NCBI GenBank assembly: GCA_951406725.2
Contig: OX597823.1
Coordinates: 90,954,001 to 91,018,000 of the forward strand
Length of the DNA stretch: 64,000 bases
Direction: 5' to 3'
From: Octopus vulgaris
Lineage: Eukaryota
Under the pieces are notes generated by a model, which worked only from the letters and a program-made list of their open reading frames with translations, was not told the origin of the DNA and ran no database searches. The position numbers and the translations under genes were made by a program. Every line of letters starts with the position of its first letter. Position 1 is the first letter of the stretch. Below, piece by piece: positions 54,962-64,000 of this stretch.

Positions 54962-55365
54962 ATACTCTTTTACTTGTTTCAGTCATTTGACTGCAGCCAT
55001 GCTGGAGCACCGCCTTTAGTCAAGCAAATCGACCCCAGGACTTATTCTTCGTAAGCCTAGTACTTATTCTATCAGGCTCTTTTGCCGAACCGCTAAGTGA
55101 TGGGGACATAAACACACCGGCATCGGTTGTCAAGTGATGTTGTGGGGACAAACACAGATACATAAATACACACATATATATATATACATATAAATATATA
55201 CGACAGGCTTCTATCAGTTTTCGTCTACCAAATCCACTCACAAGGCTTTGGTCGGCCTGAGGCTATAGTAGAAGACACGTGTCCAGAGTGTCACACAGTG
55301 AGACTGAACCCGGAACCATGTTGTTGGTAAGCAAGCTACTTACAACACAGTCTCTCCTGCGCCTC
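54962..55365 (-). mobile_element. SINE family A, full length
   Basis: Colinear with 53235-53640. Confidence 0.85.
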
Positions 55366-56077
55366 TCTATATATATCTGTTACATAAATTACTTATAGAA
55401 GTGGGTGAGGAAAAATTCCTGGCTTTAAAGATATCACAAAAGGCCTGGTTGGAGGCTCAATCTTCTGAGTTCCTTTTACAGAGCTTTGAAAAACTGAAAG
55501 GCCACTGCAATAAGAGTGAATCTGAGAGGGAAACAGGTTGAATAAAATCATAATTAATTGATCCTCCTGTATTTTCTTTTAGCCAAAGCTAGGAACGTTT
55601 TCGTACCCCCTTATATCATATCTTGATACTCTGAGGACAGACCCCTTGATGTTAAATAAGGCATTAACCATTAAAGATTAATAACTCCCGTTTTTTGTAG
55701 GGACTGTAATTGTTGAGTATATAAAGAGATTGACTGCTTGTTTCCCTGGGAATGGTCAAATTGATGTAGATGTCTCTGATGAAAAGCTGATAAGATTTGT
55801 AAATCAATTTGGGTCCACATTTTTTCCGTCTACAGAGACACAACCAGATTAGAACTGTTTATAAAGCTACAATGATATACATTACATATACAAATATACA
55901 TGCTTTGATATAAATATCTTTTCATACACACACACACAGCAAAAGATATTTACAACAAAACACCAGATACTGGTAAACAGAAATAAACATAAAACTACCA
56001 AAACAATATATGTGAGTGTGTGTTGTATGTGTGTATTGTATGTGTGTGTTGTGTACGTGTGTGTTGTGTGTGTGTGT

Positions 56078-56109
<32 letters not shown>

Positions 56110-56520
56110 ATGTGTGTGTGTTGTATGTGTGTTGTGTGTGTGTATGTGTGTGTTGTGTGTGTGTGCGTGTTGTGTGTGTGTGTTGTATGTGTGTGTTGTG
56201 TGTGTGTATCTATGCAAATGTCTTCATAACACTAATTTGTAACCACACAAAGTAAACATGACCCCATACAATGTGATGTGGTGGTATGCATTATATGTTT
56301 TCTTCTTATGGTTCTATAATTGACCATTGTTCGATTCTATAATCATTAGACTAAGTTTAGAAGCAGCCAGAGATCTTCGGATGAGATCAAGAAACAGAGT
56401 TTTTATAAGGGAAAAAAAAAGCATCTGTGTTATTAGTGTCTCGTTATTAATATTGCTTTTCCTAAGTTTTTTTATGATTTCTTCATCACATGTGACCAGC
56501 ACAGACTCAGAAACAAACAA

Positions 56521-56564
<44 letters not shown>

Positions 56565-56887
56565 ACACACACAGACACACACACACACACGCACACATGC
56601 ATGTGCACACACACACATGCACTTGCACACACAAGCACATGCACACTCACTCACACACACATACATGCACACCCACACACACTCACGCACACACATTCAC
56701 TCTCACACACTCACACACATGCACTCACACACATGCACTCACACACACACGCTCACACTCATACACATGATCACACACGTGTGGACTCATACCTCTATGC
56801 ACACACACACAGGCACACATGCACTCACAGATATGCACTTACACACATACACCCTCACATTCCCTCACACACACAGACACAGACACA

Positions 56888-56932
<45 letters not shown>

Positions 56933-57284
56933 ATGAAATATTCTGTAAGCAAATCTCCTTGCAAATATATAAAGTGTTTTTCTGAACGAATTTCAAATTT
57001 AAAATGCTGGTAAAACCCACTTGGGTCGGGCTTTCATTTGTTCAATTAGACTTTAGTGTGTATTTATTTTAATTGTCATTGGCTCCAGCTCCTATCCAAG
57101 CATTAGGTATTTGTTTTGGTTCTTTGTTTACTGAGGTTCCAAGTTCAAATCTCAGCGATATTTGGTTTTTAGACCTACTCCATTATATGGCTTAGCCCCA
57201 CCACCTGGGTACCTTTAAAAGTACTCCCCACCCCAGTTTAGCACCACCAACTGGCACCTTGGATATCTTTAACAGTGTTCACTT

Positions 57285-57560
57285 GTCCTGCCAGACTGGC
57301 TCCCATGCAGGTAAAAAAACACCTTTTGAGCATGGTTATTGCCAGAACTGCCTGACAGGCCCTCTTGCTGTTGGCACATAAAAGCACCCTCTACACTATC
57401 AGAGTGGTTGGCATTAGGAAGGGCATCAAGCTGTAGAAACTGCCAGATTAGATTGAGCCTGGTACAGCCTTCTGACTTGCCAGTCCTCAGTCAAACTGTC
57501 CAACCCATGCCAGCATGGAAAGTGGACGTTAAATGACATTGATGATGATGATGATGATCT
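57285..57560 (+). mobile_element. RTE 3' UTR and tail
   Basis: GGCATTAGGAAGGGCATCAAGCTGTAGAAAC...GGAAAGTGGACGTTAAA then (GAT)n. Confidence 0.8.
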
Positions 57561-57649
57561 TCTCATTCTTCTGACCAGTCTTGGAGGCCCTGAAAAGGAC
57601 CAAAGATACTTCCTTCCTTTTTGATTAAAGCAATGAAAATCTGTTCTCA

Positions 57650-58043
57650 TCTTTATATATAAAAGTGAGGTTGTGTGCTGTCTGTCTCCTACGATTTAGA
57701 TTCCTAACTACTCCCACATTTTGCGGTGCAGTTTAACCAAAACCGGGTATCTTATAGTCGGGATTCATATCGAGCCCTTCTGGGTATTAGCACGCGTCTA
57801 CGATGAGTCTACGATTTAAAAAAAAATTACCATCAATTTTTCCCATTTTTAATGCATTTTTGGCATATATAAGGGAAGTAACTCTCTAAAGATTTATTAT
57901 TAAATCTCAGAACGTAAAAAGCTACAGTAACACTCCCCCTTTGTGGTTAGCCATATTGAGATGGCTATTATACTTTACATCTCTAAACATGCTTATATAG
58001 TTATTTCCCTACAAACCCGAGCAACGCTGGGCGATACTGCTAG
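57650..58043 (+). mobile_element. Non-autonomous Helitron, complete
   Basis: A|TC start, subterminal hairpin CCCGAGCAACGCTGGG (58016-58031), CTAG|T end, no TSD. Confidence 0.8.
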
Positions 58044-58179
58044 TAATCTATAAGCAGATAATCCAAAGTCTGTTCCATTCCATACGCAGGATATCTTCTT
58101 AGCTTTAATCCAGGATGTTTATGACAATGAGATTACAGCAGTAACTCATTAACTTGTGGCTGCTAATTACAGTTCTTAC

Positions 58180-58335
58180 CTTCCATCTGAAATGAGTCAC
58201 CTGGTTCTTGTGAGTCTTCAGGAGATTCTCTTTTGTTGCTTGTACTAAAGTCGAGTCTTGGATCTGAGTTTCACCTTCTCTTTTCCTGTAAGTAGTTTTT
58301 GAGACTCTAAAGACACGAATGTTGCCATCCTTCCA
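58180..58335 (-). CDS. Candidate 156-nt phase-0/0 coding exon of an unidentified host gene (WKDGNIRVFRVSKTTYRKREGETQIQDSTLVQATKENLLKTHKNQVTHFRWK)
   Basis: Acceptor TTTTTTGTTTTCTTATGATTAATCAG, donor AAG|GTAAGA, 52 open codons. Confidence 0.5.
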
Positions 58336-58502
58336 CTGATTAATCATAAGAAAACAAAAAATCATGGTTTTATGATACATCATAACGGATCATTAAAGAT
58401 AATTAAATAATTATAAAGGTTTTAGCAAAAGAATGTTGGAGCATATATCTTTTATTGATTACAAATACCAGAATGGAAACCGAAGCAAAAAAAAAAAGGA
58501 AT

Positions 58503-58554
<52 letters not shown>

Positions 58555-58569
58555 GACAGAGAAACAGAG

Positions 58570-58617
<48 letters not shown>

Positions 58618-59302
58618 AGAGAAGTGTTAGAAAACTTGAATCAGAATTCTTGTCAGGTTACAAACTGATTCCAGACTGACCATAATTATGTATGTTTCCA
58701 CATTAACAAGGACATAGCAGAATTATAGAATACCTCCATTCCCGTCACACATCAGTGATTTTCAAACTTCTCATTAAAACCAATCTGTAACCATGTCAAA
58801 TACATCCGTTTCCATTCCAATCAATCCTCATGATGCCTTGAACATTCCTGCTGTGCGTTTTATCTCTTTCTGTCGTCTGCTATCAAATTGACACATTCTC
58901 TTACGGCCAATTCTTCTTCGGCCTTCGTTTTTCTGTTTACCATTTTCTTCAGAATTTCATTTCTTCGTTTCGATCATATTGGTTCAATGTAGATTGGTCA
59001 AATATTAGTCTGCAAATTCTGTTTGTTGAGGCTTGAAAAATTTACCGAACAATGCATATATTCGATGCCACCCAGTTTCTGCTTGGTCAACTGTTATTTG
59101 TCACAGAACATGGTGGCAGTAGTGCAGGTGGGGTGTGGTGGGGCAGGGGCGGGTTCGGATGGAAAAATTCTTGGCATACATATGCCAACCATTCATTAAT
59201 TTCTTCTGCAGACAATGATATGGAAGTTTGCATGAAGTGTTCAAGGAAGAATGCTGGATTCATTGGGAGAAAGCAAAAGAAATAATAATAATAATAACAA
59301 TG

Positions 59303-59358
<56 letters not shown>

Positions 59359-59852
59359 TATTATTATTGTCACCATTATCATTTTTATCATTATTATCAT
59401 TACTTTTGTTATCCTCATCATCATCATCACCATCACCACCACCACCAACACCACCACCACCACCACTACCATTACCACCATCACCATCACCATCACCATC
59501 ACCATCACCACCACCACCACCACCACCACCATCATCATCATCATTACCCCCACCCCACCCCACCACCACCACCAACATCGTTGCTTTTATGATTATTGCC
59601 AAATTTGTATTATCATGTAATAAGTTACAACTTCGTCTTATGTATTCCAATAAGAAGCCAAACCAGTCATAACGTTTGCATGCTTTACCATTTTTCTTCA
59701 TTTTTCTTCTTCATTTACGGATTCCAGTCATTCAACTGGATCCATGTTGTGGCATCACCTTCAAGGAATTGCTAACACATGCATGAGCATAATCATATAC
59801 ATACATACACACATAAATACATATATATTTCTATATATATAGATATAATATG

Positions 59853-59893
<41 letters not shown>

Positions 59894-59930
59894 CACAACA
59901 TATGTATATACATACATAGATAGATACATA

Positions 59931-60776
59931 CATACAAGATGCAATAGGTGAATTGTTGCCATTTTATTACTTTTAATTTCATGCATGCACATTGTTTGTT
60001 ACTGATTTTGTCGACTACACAGTATAGTAGGGTCAGGTGGGCACCGTCTGGGAGAAAAACGGCACCATGACACAATTCACTGTGTCAGAAATTTGGCATT
60101 CACACCTGAAGCTCCAATACGAAGCACCAGAAGCTTCAATATGAACATATACCAATATGAACATGTACCAAGAGTGATAAAATCAAACACCCAGTCAACA
60201 TCATGGTGTTTGGAGTGATCACTAGTGATGGTGACGTTAGGCCTCCATTCATTTTCCTGCACGACCTCATACTCAACACAGAGGCTTACATCAAGTGCCT
60301 GGAGGAGGTAATGCTGCCCTGGGTCAAGAGTGGTGCTGCTAGAACACCTTATGTCTGGCAACAGGACTCAGTACCATGCCACACAAGCAAGAGAACCCAG
60401 TCATGGCTGTCAAACAATTTCTGTGACCACATCACCCTTAACATTTGGCCACCTGCAACCCCCTTGATTATTATATGTGGGGTGCAGTTGCGCGAGAGAC
60501 CAGCAAAACTCCTTGTAACACCAAAGACAAACTGAAGGCAAAGATTATGGCAGCATTCACCAACTTAAACAAGGAGAACATCCAAGAGTTGCAGGAGATT
60601 CCAAAGTCGTCTGGAGGCCGTGGTTGAAGTCAATGGCAATTTTATTAAATAAATTTACTCTTTAGTATTTCAAGATATTTTTATTTAATTTTTGTAAATA
60701 TATCTGTTAAAATGAGATGTCAGTGTTATTTTCATTTTTGTGTAATTTAGATAACAGTTTATTTACCACACCCTGT

Positions 60777-60778
<2 letters not shown>
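59931..60778 (+). pseudogene. Internally deleted DD37D/maT-type Tc1-mariner element
   Basis: QQDSVPCH...WPP-[deletion]-CNPLDYYMWG; restoring the conserved NSPD gives 37 residues between the catalytic aspartates. Right end TTTACCACACCCTGTA resembles the left end at 48447. Confidence 0.75.
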
Positions 60779-60819
<41 letters not shown>

Positions 60820-60946
60820 ATAATAATATTAGGGAGTATAACTCCAAACTTACAGGGAAAAATTCAATTTAGTATTAAATCAAATTTCACAGTATAAATA
60901 TATAAAATATGAATAAGAGAATATTTTAATTCATATTTTATATATA

Positions 60947-62293
<1,347 letters not shown>

Positions 62294-63409
62294 TATGGCA
62301 GCCCTTTCTCCATCTACATAGAAAACAACTGGAAGAGATATCTAGATGACTGTTTCATCCTTTGGCATAAAAATATAGAAAAACTCATAGAATTCCAGAA
62401 AATTTTAAACGGACTGGACGTAAACATCCAATTCACGATGGAATATAGCCAACAACAACTCCCCTTCCTCGATATCCTCATTAAGAAAGCTAATAATATA
62501 ATAGAAACAGACATATACTATAAGCCTACAGACTCTAAGCAATATCTTCCATTCAATTCATGCCATCCCAGACACACCAGGATGAATATCCCCTTCAATC
62601 TAGCAAAAAGGATATGCACTATAGTCTCTAACGCAAACACCAGAGACACACGACTACAAGAACTAAAAGATACCCTAATCACCAGGAACTATCCACCTTC
62701 ACTTATTGACAAGTGCACTCAACGTGCCCTTCAACTTAACATCAAGGAACTGAGACATCCCAAATCAAAGAAAAACTTACAACCAAAAGCCTTACCATAC
62801 ATCTCCACACACAACCCTCTCAATAACGAAGCCTTCGACACCATCCTCCACAACATACCCCTCCTAAAAAAAGACCACAGAATGAACACAATCCTCCAAA
62901 CACACACGATCATAAAAAGCAAAAGACAGCCTAGATCCATGAAAAGTCTCCTTACACAAGCCCGAATTCACTCTTCAACACAGAAGCCGACAGTAAAAAA
63001 ATGTGGAAGACCCAATTGCGGGATATGCGACTATCTAATCGAGGGTTCTGAGTTCTCCTTCAAACAGGGACAACGGTTTACAGTGAAAAGCAACTTCACA
63101 TGTGCTTCGGAGAACCTAATATACTCACTAACCTGCTCCGGGTGTCAAGAGCAGTACATAGGCCAAACAAAAAATGGTTTGCGTAAACGAATGGCCCTGC
63201 ACAGATCCCAGATAAAAATTCCCCAAAACAGAAAAATAGCTTTTAGCCAACACATAGATACTTGCGCCAACAAAAAAACACCAAACTTCAGAATTTTCCC
63301 CCTCTACCAATTTAGGGACGATACAACCTCGAGACAAAGAATAAGTAAAGAAAATCTCTTTATTACAAAATACAAGCCACTTCTTAACGGGTCTACGACA
63401 AACAATTAA
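62294..63409 (+). CDS. 5'-truncated Penelope-like element ORF: RT core end, thumb, CxxC linker and GIY-YIG endonuclease
   Basis: Open from 62294: NWKRYLDDCFILW...LPFLD...IYYKPTD..YL..NSCHP...CGRPNCGIC...NLIYSLTCSGCQEQYIGQT..LRKRM..H...KENLFITKY.P.LN. Confidence 0.93.
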   Translation, partial: YGSPFSIYIENNWKRYLDDCFILWHKNIEKLIEFQKILNGLDVNIQFTMEYSQQQLPFLDILIKKANNIIETDIYYKPTDSKQYLPFNSCHPRHTRMNIPFNLAKRICTIVSNANTRDTRLQELKDTLITRNYPPSLIDKCTQRALQLNIKELRHPKSKKNLQPKALPYISTHNPLNNEAFDTILHNIPLLKKDHRMNTILQTHTIIKSKRQPRSMKSLLTQARIHSSTQKPTVKKCGRPNCGICDYLIEGSEFSFKQGQRFTVKSNFTCASENLIYSLTCSGCQEQYIGQTKNGLRKRMALHRSQIKIPQNRKIAFSQHIDTCANKKTPNFRIFPLYQFRDDTTSRQRISKENLFITKYKPLLNGSTTNN

Positions 63410-64000
63410 TATACCTCAACTTTAGAATAAAAGAAAAAAATATATATACACACACAAATACTACACTCCATAGAATCCATTACTAATCAGCCCCTTCATA
63501 GCTATATTTACACCCATTCATATTCTCCCTTCTCTGTTTTTTTCTTCTTCTTCTTCTTCATCATCATCGTTATCATCATCATCGGCTTCATCATCATCAC
63601 CACCATCATCACCACCATCTTCTCCTTCTCCTCCTTCTTCTTCTTCTTCTTCTTCTTCATCATCATCGTTATCATCATCATCGTCGTCATAGTCATCACC
63701 ACCATCACCATCATCTTCTCCTTCTTCTTCTTCTTCTTCTTCTTCTTCTTCTTCTTCTCTCCCCCCCTACCCCTTAAGTTTGTCACTAATGTTTTTTAGT
63801 ATAACACCTACGCTAATTCTATAAACAATCCTGAATTGAACTGAGACTGCCAGCCGCCACTGACCATTCAAAATACGACCATCAGGGCACTCCCAGATTC
63901 TCCCACCCCCTTTCCTCACCAGCCTTCCCTCTACTACCCTACCAAGAACTCACAACTACCTCGAACACACAAGTGCAAACAAGGGAGTCAGAGAAAGGCA

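Noticed and set aside
59040-59270. Possible minus-strand exon
   Set aside because: All three frames between the candidate acceptor and donor contain stops.

Overview
Eukaryotic, AT-rich, extremely microsatellite- and transposon-rich DNA. The SINE types, RTE tails ending in (GAT)n and the (TA)n/(CA)n density suggest an octopus/coleoid cephalopod genome (inference). Nearly all ORFs in the supplied track are translations of simple repeats. Supported content: (1) a young 5'-truncated Penelope-like element (RT YLDD motif plus GIY-YIG endonuclease, open frame) with a >1 kb inverted copy of its 3' end, and an older PLE; (2) RTE-clade LINE fragments and many RTE 3' tails; (3) three Dong/R4-type RLE fragments at (TAA)n; (4) mariner and DD37D/maT transposase relics; (5) non-autonomous Helitrons; (6) at least four tRNA-derived SINE families, often nested; (7) a few candidate spliced host exons. 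The most interesting layer is RNA-structural. About ten type I minimal hammerhead ribozyme motifs sit in short elements, mostly embedded in (TA)n. They include a U3-A8 core variant in the young PLE, a three-copy CUGUNGA variant family, and a tRNA-headed element carrying tandem hammerhead units with a Penelope-style inverted end (candidate PLE-mobilised SINE/retrozyme). One SINE subfamily repeatedly inserts at GGTA sites, including into its own family. All calls were made by eye and repeat boundaries are approximate.
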